Notes: generated by a model from the sequence alone, not told the origin. A DNA stretch of 64,000 nucleotides from an uncultured bacterium (GCA_963736115.1 CAVTNR010000001.1:32001-96000); one strand, 5' to 3'. Shown: positions 1-10,844, numbered from the stretch's first letter. Numbers and translations: made by a program.

Positions 1-998
1 CCCGTGGACGCCGTTCTCCGCAACACGGATACGCCGGCTCTCTGGCTCGAGGATTTTTTCGCGGAATTCGTGACCGGGAAGATTTACACGATGGACCCTG
101 AGTTTTTCATGAACGCGTTCAACGGGACTCTTTTCGAGTTGAAGGCGGGAGGGCCGACGACGTTCCAGTTCAGACGGGCGTACCGGGACCTGTCCGCGTG
201 GGTTTACCCCATCAAGCTGGAGGATCCGGCCGTCCCGTCCGGAACGGCCATCCGCTTAGAGGCAGTCGGCGGTGATCCGACCGGGACCGAGATTACCGTG
301 TTCGAGTTCAACGGCGGCCAGCGATCGACACGGAAAATCGCCTACGGCGTGGGCCGTGTCACGGTCGGCAGGCATCCGCGAGATGACGAACCGAGGCTCG
401 CACCTGCTGGCCATGGTCACGAACACCCGTCACAGCGAGCCCTACACGGGCACCGTGGACATCACGCTTTCTGGCGAAATTGTCACGGCCTCGCAAAACC
501 TCACCTTCAACCGAGCCTGGGTCAGCCTGGGTGACATCCCGGTTCACTATGACCGGGAATACACGGATTCCGGAGGAGGGGCCAAGGTTTCCGAGAATAT
601 CCTTTTTTACAGCTCCCAGTCCTCGTCCGGATCCTGCGCGGGAGGCGAATACAGGGGCACATGGGACATCACCAATTCGAACGGGCACTGGCAGGGCGAA
701 ATCAGCGCGCTGTTTGTCGGCGATCCGCCCCAGTCCATTGCGGAGCTCAACTGCACGGAGACCATCGAATGGACCGGCCAAACGAACACTTACACGATCA
801 GGGCCGTGGACATTCCGCTGGATGTGTCGCGCGACGGGTTGGGCCTCCTTCGAAGCGCGGGGTCAGGACGCCATCAGCAAGATCGTACGACTGGAGCACA
901 CCATCACGCTGACCGGGTGGCAGGATACGATCCGGGACTGGTACTACGACTCGTACTGGCCGTCCGACATCAAAGCCTATTTTTGGACGGAGCAGTAG
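1..998 (+). CDS. 3' part of a secreted beta-rich hypothetical protein, with two apparent frameshifts (~367 and ~830)
   Basis: Protein-like sequence runs from ORF 4..534 (…GVGRVTV) into the frame of 272..3028 (AGIREMTN…IPLDVS) and then into 480..998 (ATGWASFEARG…YFWTEQ*). The 5' end lies outside the window. Confidence 0.55.
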
Positions 999-1090
999 GC
1001 GGGGTGATTATGACGACCCCGGGGTTTGAGGACCGTTTACGGACACAAATGGTGACCTCAAACGGTTGGCAACAATTAAGGAGACATATC

Positions 1091-3028
1091 ATGAAAATTG
1101 CGGTACTTGCCATCCCGTTCCTGCTGGCCGGCATCTCCGGAATCCGGGCGCAGGAGGTCCTTGTTCCCGGCGACAACCTGGTGCTGGACGGAATTCCCGC
1201 GATCCCGGCCTCGCTCGCGGAGGACGTGGGCCGGTACACGGAATTCCGTTCCGCCGGATTCTCGGGCTGGCATCCGGTGCGGCGGGAGATGCTCATCTCG
1301 ACCCGTTTCGGAGACGTGAACCAGATCCACCTGGTGAAATTTCCCGGAGGCGCCAGGACACAGATCACATTCTCCAAAGACGCGGTATCCGGCGCGACCT
1401 TCGACCGCGGGAACGGTGATTTTATCGTATTCAATATGGACCGCGGCGGTGACGAGCAGTATCAGAAATACCGCTACGATTTCGCGACCGGAAAAACCGC
1501 GCTTCTCACGGACGGGGCATCCAGGAACACGGGAGGCGCATGGTCCAACGCGGCGGACAGAATCGCCTACATGTCCACAAGGCGGAACGGCAAGGACACG
1601 GATCTCTACACCATGCGCCCCGGAGATCCGAAAACGGACTGTCTGCTGACCCTGCTGGAAGGCGGCGGGTGGTCTTCCCTGGACTGGTCCCCGGATGACT
1701 CGCAAATACTGCTGATGGAGTACATCTCCATCAATGAAAGCTACCTGTGGATCGTGGACGTGAAAACAGGGGAGAAAAAGCTTCTCACGCCCAAGGGCGG
1801 AAAGAAGATGGTGTCGTACAAGGACGCGGCCTTTGACCGGGAGGGCAGGGGGATATACGTGTGCACGGACCGGTTGTCCGAGTTCTCCCAATTCGGCCTG
1901 ATGGATCCGTCCAATCTCAAAATAAAGGTTCTGACAGAATCGATCCCCTGGGACGTGGACGGGTTCTCGCTCTCAAAGGACCGCAACAAGGTTGCATTCG
2001 TGGTCAATGAGAACGGGGCAGGAGTTCTGCATGTTATGGATTTGATGACAGGAGCGGAAATCCCGGTTCCCAAAATGCCGGCCGGTATTGTCGGAGGGTT
2101 CCAGTGGCATCAAAACGGCAGGGAAATCGGATTCAGCTTCTCGTCAGGCCGTTCTCCGAGCGATGTTTACTCGCTCAATATCGAAACCGGAGTCATGGAT
2201 CGGTGGACTTTCAGCGAAACCGCGGGTCTGAACACGGAATCGTTCTCTGAAGCGGAACTGGTGGAGTGGAAATCGTTCGACGGCAGAATGATTTCAGGCT
2301 TCCTGTACAACCCGGGTCCGGCTTTCACCGGGAAACGGCCGGTGATTGTCGAAATTCACGGCGGCCCGGAGGGCCAGGCGAGGCCCGGGTTCCAGGCCAG
2401 GAAAAACTACTGGGTCAATGAGATGGGCATCGCCATACTCCAGCCCAATATCCGCGGGTCTTCGGGATACGGCAAGACTTTTCTGAAACTGGATAACGGT
2501 TTTCTGCGGGAGGATTCATACAAAGACATCGAAGCCCTGCTCGACTGGATACGCGCCAGGCCCGACCTGGACGCGGACCGCATCCTCGTCACCGGCGGAA
2601 GCTACGGCGGGCACATGACTCTGGCCGTGGCCTCGCTGTACAGCGACCGGATCCGTTGTTCGGTGTCGGTGGTCGGCATTTCCAATCTGGTGACCTTTCT
2701 GGAGAACACATCCGGATACAGGCAGGACCTGCGCCGCGTGGAGTACGGGGACGAGCGCGACCCCAAAATGCGCGCGTTCCTCGAGAAAATAGCACCGCTG
2801 AATCGCGCGGACAATATCGCCAAGCCCCTGTTCATCATTCAGGGCGCGAACGACCCGCGCGTGCCTGCCAGCGAAGCGGCGCAGATGATGTCCACACTGA
2901 AGAAAAAGGGCGTGCCCGCCTGGTACCTGCTGGCCAAAGACGAGGGCCACGGCTTCGCGAAGAAAAAGAATCAGGATTTCCAGTTCTTTTCGACGATCCT
3001 GTTCATGCGGGAGTTTCTGCTGAAGTGA
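1091..3028 (+). CDS. S9 family prolyl oligopeptidase / dipeptidyl aminopeptidase, secreted
   Basis: Signal peptide MKIAVLAIPFLLAG, a beta-propeller, then IHGGP, nucleophile GGSYGG, DPRV and DEGHGF. ATG at 1091 follows 'aaggaga'. Confidence 0.92.
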   Translation: MKIAVLAIPFLLAGISGIRAQEVLVPGDNLVLDGIPAIPASLAEDVGRYTEFRSAGFSGWHPVRREMLISTRFGDVNQIHLVKFPGGARTQITFSKDAVSGATFDRGNGDFIVFNMDRGGDEQYQKYRYDFATGKTALLTDGASRNTGGAWSNAADRIAYMSTRRNGKDTDLYTMRPGDPKTDCLLTLLEGGGWSSLDWSPDDSQILLMEYISINESYLWIVDVKTGEKKLLTPKGGKKMVSYKDAAFDREGRGIYVCTDRLSEFSQFGLMDPSNLKIKVLTESIPWDVDGFSLSKDRNKVAFVVNENGAGVLHVMDLMTGAEIPVPKMPAGIVGGFQWHQNGREIGFSFSSGRSPSDVYSLNIETGVMDRWTFSETAGLNTESFSEAELVEWKSFDGRMISGFLYNPGPAFTGKRPVIVEIHGGPEGQARPGFQARKNYWVNEMGIAILQPNIRGSSGYGKTFLKLDNGFLREDSYKDIEALLDWIRARPDLDADRILVTGGSYGGHMTLAVASLYSDRIRCSVSVVGISNLVTFLENTSGYRQDLRRVEYGDERDPKMRAFLEKIAPLNRADNIAKPLFIIQGANDPRVPASEAAQMMSTLKKKGVPAWYLLAKDEGHGFAKKKNQDFQFFSTILFMREFLLK

Positions 3029-3104
3029 ATTTCGTAAGGTTTGCCGGCGTTCCACGCCGTGAGAGTCAACCCTGGGGGTGACCAAAAGGTCCATTTTACC
3101 CGCG

Positions 3105-3193
3105 CCCTGAGCGAAGTCGAAGGGCGCAAAGTGACGGATTTACAGCTCGCCTCGACGGAGTTTATCCTGAGCGAAGCGAAGGGCTCGGCGAGC
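3105..3193. repeat. REP-like hairpin repeat pair (cctgagcgaagtcgaaggg / cctgagcgaagcgaaggg)
   Basis: Two near-identical copies at ~3106 and ~3166. The second is nested in a ctcgcc…ggcgag stem. Confidence 0.6.
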
Positions 3194-3276
3194 GTATTGT
3201 CGCTAATACAGACTTTTTGGACACCCCCAGGTTCTGTCATAAACGCAGCTCAGGATATAAGCGCCGGACTGAAGGC

Positions 3277-3630
3277 ATGAGACAGGAAAAGGAGACGGAA
3301 AAGAACGGCGCGTCCTGCCACCACAACGTCTACGTCGTCGAGCTTGACCCGTCCGTGCGCAGGAACCGCAGATTCATGGAAGCGAATCCGGACTGCTCCG
3401 AGGACAAACCCTGCGTGTACGTCGGCATGACCGGGCTCACACCCGAGGAACGCTTCGCCAGGCACAAGTCCGGAATCCAATGTTCCTGGTTCGTGAAGAA
3501 ATACGGCATCCGCCTCCTGCCTGAGCTGTACGCATACCTGAACCCCATGCCCTATGAGGCCGCGGCCGAAATGGAGTTTGACTTGGCCGAAGATCTCCGC
3601 GCCGCGGGCTACGGGGTGTGGCAGCATTAA
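3277..3630 (+). CDS. Small GIY-YIG nuclease superfamily protein
   Basis: VYVVEL…VYVGMTG…EERFARHKSG…E pattern typical of GIY-YIG. Confidence 0.7.
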   Translation: MRQEKETEKNGASCHHNVYVVELDPSVRRNRRFMEANPDCSEDKPCVYVGMTGLTPEERFARHKSGIQCSWFVKKYGIRLLPELYAYLNPMPYEAAAEMEFDLAEDLRAAGYGVWQH

Positions 3631-3819
3631 AGGCAAAACAACACCCGCATTTTCCGTTCTGATTAATATTATCCTTATGTTTTTAAAAAAAATACATTAA
3701 ATTACCAATGTGATTCTGAATCCTATAATGCGTGAAAAAGATTGGTATTGAATCTCTGCGTCCGGGGCATCAAATCCTGGATGATCACAAAGGTAACGGT
3801 AACGGAAAGGAGACACCCC

Positions 3820-3933
3820 ATGGGAGATAAAGGCGGGAAAAAGGACAAGAGCAAGGGTCAGAAACAGAAGGCCGTTCAAAAACAGCAAAAGGACCAGAAG
3901 GCGCGGGATAAGCAACCGAAAAGTTCCGGGTGA
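3820..3933 (+). CDS. 37-aa Lys/Gln-rich small protein
   Basis: MGDKGGKKDKSKGQKQK…, preceded by a strong RBS 'ggaaaggag'. Confidence 0.6.
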   Translation: MGDKGGKKDKSKGQKQKAVQKQQKDQKARDKQPKSSG

Positions 3934-4077
3934 CATTCATTTAGATTGGAGCATCCCGGGGTTTTAGTTTTCGATTTCGTCTGAACCAGGATGGCCGATC
4001 GACAGAACCTTCGCATGGCCTATCGGCCAGGCGCTGCGGAGCCGCTTTCATACGGCACAAGAGGAAGCCCCGAATCC

Positions 4078-5829
4078 ATGAACGCAATAAAAGTCATGAT
4101 GGCCGCGTCGGTTGTGGTGATATTCGGAATCGGGTGCGCACCTGGTATCCGAAAGGGAGACCGGGATCCCGCAACAACCGGCAGACCTGTTCCGCCCGCG
4201 GCGAAAGCCGTTCCCGCCTTTATGCGATCCCCTGACCTGCTGGTCGCGGAGCAGATCCGAATCCGCATCGAGGATGCCGGTGTCGTCGCGGAGCTCAAGG
4301 CGGCCGGCGAACCGGTCTACGCGAGCGAGGCGCTCCCCGGCTTCTACGAGCAGCGGCTCTACATTCCGGCGTGGAGCGACAAGCGCGGACCCACCCGGCG
4401 GGTCGATGAACTGATCGGCGCGCTCCGCGGAGCGGATCTTGAGGGGCTGCGGACGGCGGACTACCACTTTGCCGCCATCGAGAGCCTGCTCGTCGCGGTG
4501 CGCGCCGACGTCAAGAGCGCGGGCGTGATCATTCCCGACCGGTGGGCGGAGCTTGATCTCCTGCTCACGGACGCCTTTCTGGTTTACGGGTCGCATCTTC
4601 TGGCCGGCCGGGTGAACCCCGAAACCCTCAGACCGGAGTGGGTGGCGAACCGGCGCGGCGCCGATCTCGCCGTCGTGCTGGAGAAAGCCCTGAAGTCGGG
4701 CGACGTCGCGGGCACGCTGACTGATCTGGCGCCCCCTCAGAGGGGTTTCAGCCGTCTGCGCGAGGCGCTGGCCTACCACCGCTCGGTGGCTGAGCGGGGA
4801 GGATGGTCCGAAATTCCGGGCGGTCCGGGACTGAAGCGGGGCGACCACGGCCCGGCAGTGGCCGCGCTTCGCGAGCGGTTGCGCCTCGGGGGAGACTTCG
4901 GGGACCTGGAGTGGGATGACATCGAGCTGTTTGATGAGGAACTCGAGAGGATCTTGAAGGGGTTCCAGAAGCGATACGGTCTGACGGCGACCGGCGTCAT
5001 GGACGCCGCGACCCTCGCGGAGCTCAATGTCAGCGTGGAAAATCGCATCAACCAGCTGGAGCTGAACCTCGAGCGCTGGCGCTGGCTGCCGCAGGACCTG
5101 GGAAAACGCCATATCATCGTGAACATCGCGGCCTTCGAACTGAAAGTCGAGGAAAAGGAGGAGACCGTTCTGGCCATGCGGGTCGTGGTCGGACGGCCCT
5201 ATCACTCCACGCCGGTGTTCAGCGACACGATGCGGTACCTTGTCATCAATCCCTACTGGAACGTGCCCCGGAACATCGCCGTACGGGAAGTGATCCCGCA
5301 CATCCTGCGAGACTCGGCCTATCTGACGAAGGAGAAAACAAAGGTGTTCAAGGGCTGGGGACCGGAAGCGCTTGAAATTGATCCCGCGACGGTGGATTGG
5401 ACGACCGTCGACACGACCTACTTCCCCTACCGGCTGCGGCAGGATTCCGGGCCGATCAATGCGCTGGGGCGGATCAAGTTCATGTTTCTGAATAAATATA
5501 ACGTCTATCTGCACGACACTCCGGCCCGCCGGCTGTTCGACAGAGACCGGCGCGATTTCAGCCACGGATGCATCCGGATCCAGCAACCGTTCGAACTCGC
5601 CCTGTATCTGCTCCAAAAAAATTCTCGTTGGAATCGTGAAACGCTTCTGCGTGAAATGGGCGCGGAGGAAGAACGAAGCGTGCCGCTGCCAGAACCGATA
5701 CCGGTGCACCTGCTTTACTGGACCGCATGGGCTGACGCGGACGGAACGATTCAGTTCCGCAGGGATATCTATAATAGGGATAGTCCTCTTCTGAAGGCCC
5801 TGAGAACGCCTCCGTCCGCCAAAGGATAA
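4078..5829 (+). CDS. L,D-transpeptidase, YcbB/LdtD family (scaffold + PG-binding + YkuD), probable lipoprotein
   Basis: NLERWRWLP, VNIAAF, NPYWNVP, NALGRIKF, YLHDTP and catalytic SHGCIR. Lipobox-like FGIGC. Start uncertain (3991/4078). Confidence 0.9.
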   Translation: MNAIKVMMAASVVVIFGIGCAPGIRKGDRDPATTGRPVPPAAKAVPAFMRSPDLLVAEQIRIRIEDAGVVAELKAAGEPVYASEALPGFYEQRLYIPAWSDKRGPTRRVDELIGALRGADLEGLRTADYHFAAIESLLVAVRADVKSAGVIIPDRWAELDLLLTDAFLVYGSHLLAGRVNPETLRPEWVANRRGADLAVVLEKALKSGDVAGTLTDLAPPQRGFSRLREALAYHRSVAERGGWSEIPGGPGLKRGDHGPAVAALRERLRLGGDFGDLEWDDIELFDEELERILKGFQKRYGLTATGVMDAATLAELNVSVENRINQLELNLERWRWLPQDLGKRHIIVNIAAFELKVEEKEETVLAMRVVVGRPYHSTPVFSDTMRYLVINPYWNVPRNIAVREVIPHILRDSAYLTKEKTKVFKGWGPEALEIDPATVDWTTVDTTYFPYRLRQDSGPINALGRIKFMFLNKYNVYLHDTPARRLFDRDRRDFSHGCIRIQQPFELALYLLQKNSRWNRETLLREMGAEEERSVPLPEPIPVHLLYWTAWADADGTIQFRRDIYNRDSPLLKALRTPPSAKG

Positions 5830-5998
5830 CCGGCCAGGGGAACTTTTTACCCATTCCAGCGTGAAAATATTTGTTATGATATAAATTAATGCGGAACCCT
5901 TCTCAACCGGTGGAAGCTTCATCGTCCGGACCCATCCGTTTCCAATTTATAACTTCATAAGGAATAGCGATGCTTCTCGACGATCCATCAGGTCTTTC

Positions 5999-6949
5999 AT
6001 GAAGCGCCTGGCAGCGATCGGTTTGGTGATCAGTGTACTCCCCGCGATCACCACGGCCAGACCCGCCGATCGCACCGAGACGGCGGGGAATCGGGTTGCC
6101 GTCCGCTACCGAGACGCGGTTTCTCCCAACCGGGTGAGGACGTTGACGGTGCTCCCTGGAGAGGCCGTGACTTTCGATGTGGTGGACCCTGAACTGGGAT
6201 CCGGCTACGCGGCGCAATCGGCGGGCGGCCAGCTCGTGCCGCAGGGCACGGGGAGCTGGAAATGGACTCCGCCGTCCGCGCCGGGCCTTTATCCCATCGA
6301 TGTGAAGGCTCCGGACGGAAACGAAGTTGTCCGGCTGCAGGCGTTTGTCGTTGTTCCCTACGAACGGCTCCAGGGTGAATTTCTGCACGGCTATCGAATC
6401 GGCTGTTATCCCGAGAAACCGCTGGCCGGGCGCGCCTGCTACCGGCCGCCTGCGGGATTCGTCGAGGTCAACCGGGAAAATGAAAACGTTCTGGTTTCCC
6501 CGCACTTCCGGCTCGGGCAATTCCTGTGCAAACAGCCGTCCGGCTCCCCGAAGTATGTCGTGCTGAATGAGCGGCTTCTGCTCGCCCTCGAGTATGTTCT
6601 TGAACGGGTGAACGACGCCGGCTATCAGGCGAGCACGTTCCACGTCATGAGCGGGTACCGCACCCCGGCATACAACCGGTCGCTCGGCAATGTCAACTAC
6701 AGCCTTCATCAGTGGGGCGCGGCCGCGGACATCTTCATCGACGAGAACGGGGACGGCATGATGGATGATCTCAACGGCGACGGACGGAGTGATATCCGCG
6801 ACGCGGAAGTGCTCTACCGGCTGATCAATGAAGCCGCGGCCCGTCCGGAGGCGCAAGGGCTGATCGGCGGGCTTGGCAAATATCCCAAGACAGCCGCGCA
6901 TGGTCCCTTCGTCCATGTGGATGTCCGGGAAAACAGGGCGCGGTGGTGA
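5999..6949 (+). CDS. Peptidase M15 family (D-Ala-D-Ala metallopeptidase-like, YcbK/MepK-like), secreted
   Basis: SPHFRLGQF, SGYRTP, SLHQWGAAADI, FVHVDVR. Lies next to the ycbB-like gene. Confidence 0.85.
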   Translation: MKRLAAIGLVISVLPAITTARPADRTETAGNRVAVRYRDAVSPNRVRTLTVLPGEAVTFDVVDPELGSGYAAQSAGGQLVPQGTGSWKWTPPSAPGLYPIDVKAPDGNEVVRLQAFVVVPYERLQGEFLHGYRIGCYPEKPLAGRACYRPPAGFVEVNRENENVLVSPHFRLGQFLCKQPSGSPKYVVLNERLLLALEYVLERVNDAGYQASTFHVMSGYRTPAYNRSLGNVNYSLHQWGAAADIFIDENGDGMMDDLNGDGRSDIRDAEVLYRLINEAAARPEAQGLIGGLGKYPKTAAHGPFVHVDVRENRARW

Positions 6950-7161
6950 GGATTTTCAGTGACGTTTACCGGATTCGAAATTCTCCAGACTCTCAGGTGC
7001 GCTTGACGCACCTTTTTTTATGAAGGGTTCGTTTCTCGAGACGCCGGGCGCCGAAACGTCAAATTCCGCCATTTCCGTTTTCCGATCCATTTAAATCTTC
7101 TATTTTAATATAAATATGCTAAATTGCATGGGTGATCATGGAACCCTCACAGGAGGCCTTC

Positions 7162-8172
7162 ATGCCGGAACACCGATTCAGTCACATCACGAAAACCGGA
7201 GAACTCGTGCCGGTTGCGACCCTATCCAAGGCCATTTCCCTGGCGAGAAGGAGCGGATACGCCTGGCTGGATTTTTCGAGCCCGACACTGGAGGAACTCA
7301 CCCACCTCGTCCTTCCGTTGGGGCTTAATTTTCTCTCCATCGAGGACTGCCTGGACGAGAACCAGATCCCCAAAATCGATTTTTACCCCAAGAACACCTT
7401 CATCCTGTTCAATTCCTTCGCCGTCAGCAAGGGAAAACTGACGATCCATGAAGCGGACCTGTTCATCGGATCGAATTTTCTGGTCACGGTCAATTGTCAT
7501 CGCGCCGGGGACAGCCGGGTGAGGCAGAACATCGAGCAGATCGCGGAACTCGATCCCGAAGGCATCCGCCGGGGTCCGGCCTACCTGCTGCACGTCATTC
7601 TCGACCAGCTCGTGGACCGGAAATCCGATGCGATCGAATCACTCGAGGAAAAGCTGGAGGCCGCGGAGGAGTCCATTCTGTCCGATCCGGCGCGTTTCAA
7701 GCCGGAGATGCTCCTGCACCTGCGGCGACATCTGATCGGGGTTCGAAAAAGCCTGTTTCACGAGCGCGAAATACTCGTGAAAATATGCAGGGGCGACTGC
7801 CCGTACATTCCGGAAAAGGCGCTTGCCCTCTTCCGGGACGTCAACGACCACCTGACCCAGTTCCTCGAATTGACTGAAACCCTGCGCGAAACGGTGAACA
7901 ATCTCATGGAAATGCACGTGTCCATGCTGAACAACCGCATGGCGGCCAGCGCCAACGAGACGAACGCAACGGTTCGGCGGTTGACCTTCATCACCACTAT
8001 TTTTATGCCGCTGACGCTCCTGGCCGGAATCGGGGGTATGTCGGAGTGGAGCATGATAACCGGTCCGCATAACTGGAGGATCGCCTACCCGGCTTTTCTG
8101 CTGGGGACGGCCGTCATGGGAGTCGGTAACTATTTTCTGCTGAAGCACCTGGAAAAGAAGGACGCGGGCTGA
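7162..8172 (+). CDS. corA: CorA-family divalent cation transporter
   Basis: PKID, YLLHVILDQLVD and TIFMPLTLLAGIGGMSE followed by two C-terminal TMs. RBS aggagg. Confidence 0.88.
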   Translation: MPEHRFSHITKTGELVPVATLSKAISLARRSGYAWLDFSSPTLEELTHLVLPLGLNFLSIEDCLDENQIPKIDFYPKNTFILFNSFAVSKGKLTIHEADLFIGSNFLVTVNCHRAGDSRVRQNIEQIAELDPEGIRRGPAYLLHVILDQLVDRKSDAIESLEEKLEAAEESILSDPARFKPEMLLHLRRHLIGVRKSLFHEREILVKICRGDCPYIPEKALALFRDVNDHLTQFLELTETLRETVNNLMEMHVSMLNNRMAASANETNATVRRLTFITTIFMPLTLLAGIGGMSEWSMITGPHNWRIAYPAFLLGTAVMGVGNYFLLKHLEKKDAG

Positions 8173-8492
8173 GACGGACCACGGACCGCTTCTGCCGCCC
8201 CATCGAACGGGGCGACCGGCTCGTCCGGTTCCCGAAAATCCATTCTGTCGCCGCGATTGCGACTACCTACCGGCCCGCGTGGGCTCTGGAACGGATCGGC
8301 CGGAAGGGGATGGTATCGAGGAGGCGGGTGTTTAAAAAGCAGGATTGATCCGATCGCCGCGGTTTCCGCGGGAACGAGAGAGAGACAGCCGCCCAGGAGG
8401 AATGACCGTAAACCGTCCATCTGAGTGCACGGGCCGCCGGTCGGCCCGGGTGTCCCGGATGCATACCGCGGCGTCCGGTCCCAAAAAAGAAT

Positions 8493-8517
8493 GGAACGCT
8501 TCCCTGTAGGTTTCGTT
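8493..8517 (+). promoter_or_regulatory. Possible ECF-sigma promoter (GGAAC-N16-CGTT)
   Basis: ggaac gcttccctgtaggttt cgtt, about 50 nt upstream of the ATG at 8569. Confidence 0.3.
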
Positions 8518-8568
8518 ACACCATATCCCTTCCAGTAGGATCCACAAACCTCGGAAAGGAGGGTGGAC

Positions 8569-8817
8569 ATGAAAACCCGCAGACGATTGACCGCTCTCAT
8601 CGCGTTCGCGGTTTTCGGAACAGCCGGAACCGCATGCGCCAATAAAGCGACCCTGCAGTTCAACGGAATGGCCCCCTACATAGGCGAAGCCCTGTCCGTG
8701 CGGGTCGTTGACAAAGCCACCGGGGACGAAGTGGGCCGCGATCACTTCATGATTGCAGCGGCCTTCTTCACTCTTCCCCCGGGCGGACCTGTCCAAAACA
8801 GAGGGAGACGCTCATGA
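8569..8817 (+). pseudogene. Truncated N-terminus of a secreted protein
   Basis: RBS aaggagg and signal peptide MKTRRRLTALIAFAVFG…. One partial beta-domain (LQFNGMAPYIGEALSVRVVDK) then runs into the next gene. Confidence 0.45.
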
Positions 8818-10481
8818 CCACGGTCGCCGATTATCTCGTGAAACGGCTGGAACAGGCCGGCGTCAGCCACGTATTCGGGGTTCCGGGCGATTATGTCCTG
8901 GATTTCATGGACCGGATCGTCGACAGTCCGTTGAAGTTGGTCAACACGGCCAATGAACTCAACGCGGGATACGCCGCGGACGGTTACGCCCGTGTCCGCG
9001 GCATTTCCGCGATCGTGGTCACCTATGGCGTGGGCGGACTCAGCGCGCTCAATGCCGTGGCCGGCGCGTACGCCGAGCGCGTGCCCATGATCGTCATCAG
9101 CGGCGCGCCGCATTCGAGACTCAGGCACGGACGCGTGCTCATGCACCACCTGGTAGAGAATTACGAGACCCAGATCAACGCCTACCGGCAGGTGACCACC
9201 TCCGCCCAGATGCTGACCGACGCCGCCAGGGCGCCCGAGCAGATCGACCGCGCGGTGAAAACCTGCCTGCGGACTAAGCGGCCGGTGTACATCGAAATTC
9301 CAGTCGATCTGGTCGGCGAGCCGTGCGAGGAACCCTCCGGCGGCCTCGAAGAGGGCTGTCTTCATTGCGACCCGGATGCGATTCGGGAGGCGGTGGCCGA
9401 ATCCTCGGCCATGCTGGCCGGCGCGAAGCGGCCGGCCGTTCTCATCGGAATGGAGGTCAGGCGCTTCGGGCTCGTGCGGCAGATTACCGCGCTTCTCGAG
9501 AAGGGCGGGTACCCGGTTGCCACGACCATCGGCGGTAAAACCGCCATCGCCGAAACGCATCCTCATTATATAGGTGTCTACCAGGGCGGTTTCGGAGAAG
9601 GACTCGCGCACGACATCATCGAGCAGGCGGATGTTCTGCTCTGCCTCGGCGCCTGGATGACCGACATGACGACTGGTGGATTCACGGCCCATCTCGACCC
9701 TGACCGCATGATCAACGCGAACGCGGACCGCGTGCAGATACGCCGTCATTTTTTCGAACAGGTGCGCCTCGCGGATTTCGTGGAAGGTCTCACCGAGGCC
9801 ATCCCGTCCGCGGCCGAGCCCGCGCACCCGCACACGCCGCCTCCCTACCTGGCCGACGGCATCGCGAAGCCGGTGCCCGAAAGGCCGCTGACCGTGGCCC
9901 GGTTCTTCGAGCGTCTGGGCGCCTTCATGGACAACAACATGGTCGTGGTGAGCGACACAGGAGATGTGATGTTCGGATCGACCGGGTTCCACCGGGCGGA
10001 GCCGGAGAGCTACTTCGCACAGGATTACTACCTGTCGATCGGGTACAGCCTGCCCGCGGGCCTGGGTATCGGGCTGGCTGCGAAGGACAAAAGACCGGTT
10101 GTGCTCATCGGCGACGGCGCCTTTCAGATGACCGCGCAGGAATTCTCGTCGTACCGCAGGAACGGGGTGAACGCCGTGGTATTCGTTCTGAACAACCACG
10201 GGTACGTCATCGAACGCCTCATCCACGATGGGCCGTACAATGAAATCCATCCATGGGCCTATCACAAGATTCCGGAGGCGCTCGGCTGTCCGGCCGGCTT
10301 GCTGGCAAGGACCGAGGGCGAACTGGAGAAAGCTCTCGAGGAGGTTTCGCGCCGAAAAGATGAGCCCGTGCTCGTGGAGATCGTGGTCGACCGCATGGAT
10401 GCGTCGAAAACCCTCACCCGGGTCGGGCAGCAGGTGCGAAAGCTTTCCAGTCACGCGGCCGGCGGGCCGCATGAGGCGTGA
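8814..10481 (+). CDS. TPP-dependent alpha-keto acid decarboxylase (pyruvate/indolepyruvate decarboxylase family)
   Basis: FGVPGDY, NELNAGYAADGYAR, the HH motif, and TPP motif IGDGAFQMT…NN. Confidence 0.92.
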   Translation: MTTVADYLVKRLEQAGVSHVFGVPGDYVLDFMDRIVDSPLKLVNTANELNAGYAADGYARVRGISAIVVTYGVGGLSALNAVAGAYAERVPMIVISGAPHSRLRHGRVLMHHLVENYETQINAYRQVTTSAQMLTDAARAPEQIDRAVKTCLRTKRPVYIEIPVDLVGEPCEEPSGGLEEGCLHCDPDAIREAVAESSAMLAGAKRPAVLIGMEVRRFGLVRQITALLEKGGYPVATTIGGKTAIAETHPHYIGVYQGGFGEGLAHDIIEQADVLLCLGAWMTDMTTGGFTAHLDPDRMINANADRVQIRRHFFEQVRLADFVEGLTEAIPSAAEPAHPHTPPPYLADGIAKPVPERPLTVARFFERLGAFMDNNMVVVSDTGDVMFGSTGFHRAEPESYFAQDYYLSIGYSLPAGLGIGLAAKDKRPVVLIGDGAFQMTAQEFSSYRRNGVNAVVFVLNNHGYVIERLIHDGPYNEIHPWAYHKIPEALGCPAGLLARTEGELEKALEEVSRRKDEPVLVEIVVDRMDASKTLTRVGQQVRKLSSHAAGGPHEA

Positions 10482-10844
10482 CGGCCGGAAGAGAGATCGC
10501 TTAAACCGGCGTGGCAGCCTGATTACCGTGGTGCGGTTCGATCAGCGGCCGTGGCTCTGCCGGAGACCAGAGCCCGGCCTGCGATCCCTCGTTGAATGAC
10601 TTGCTTTTTCAGATAATATTAGCTACTTTTCCCCTCATGATCGTCCGAGACCGCTGATCGCGGATTCTATCGAGTCCCACTTTAATCCTCGGACCACTTT
10701 TATGGCCGGAAATCTTGACTGAAGCCTCCCGCGGCTCAGTCCCGCGTTGCGGGACCTACCGATGCATTCCTTTTTTTGAAAATTGCACGGGACCAGGTAT
10801 TGTTCGCATTGACGATTGGAATCAACTTCAGGAAGGAAAGATGC

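Noticed and set aside
272-3028. 918-aa fusion of an unknown domain to the S9 peptidase
   Set aside because: The upstream part belongs to the frameshifted preceding gene. The peptidase has its own RBS, ATG (1091) and signal peptide.
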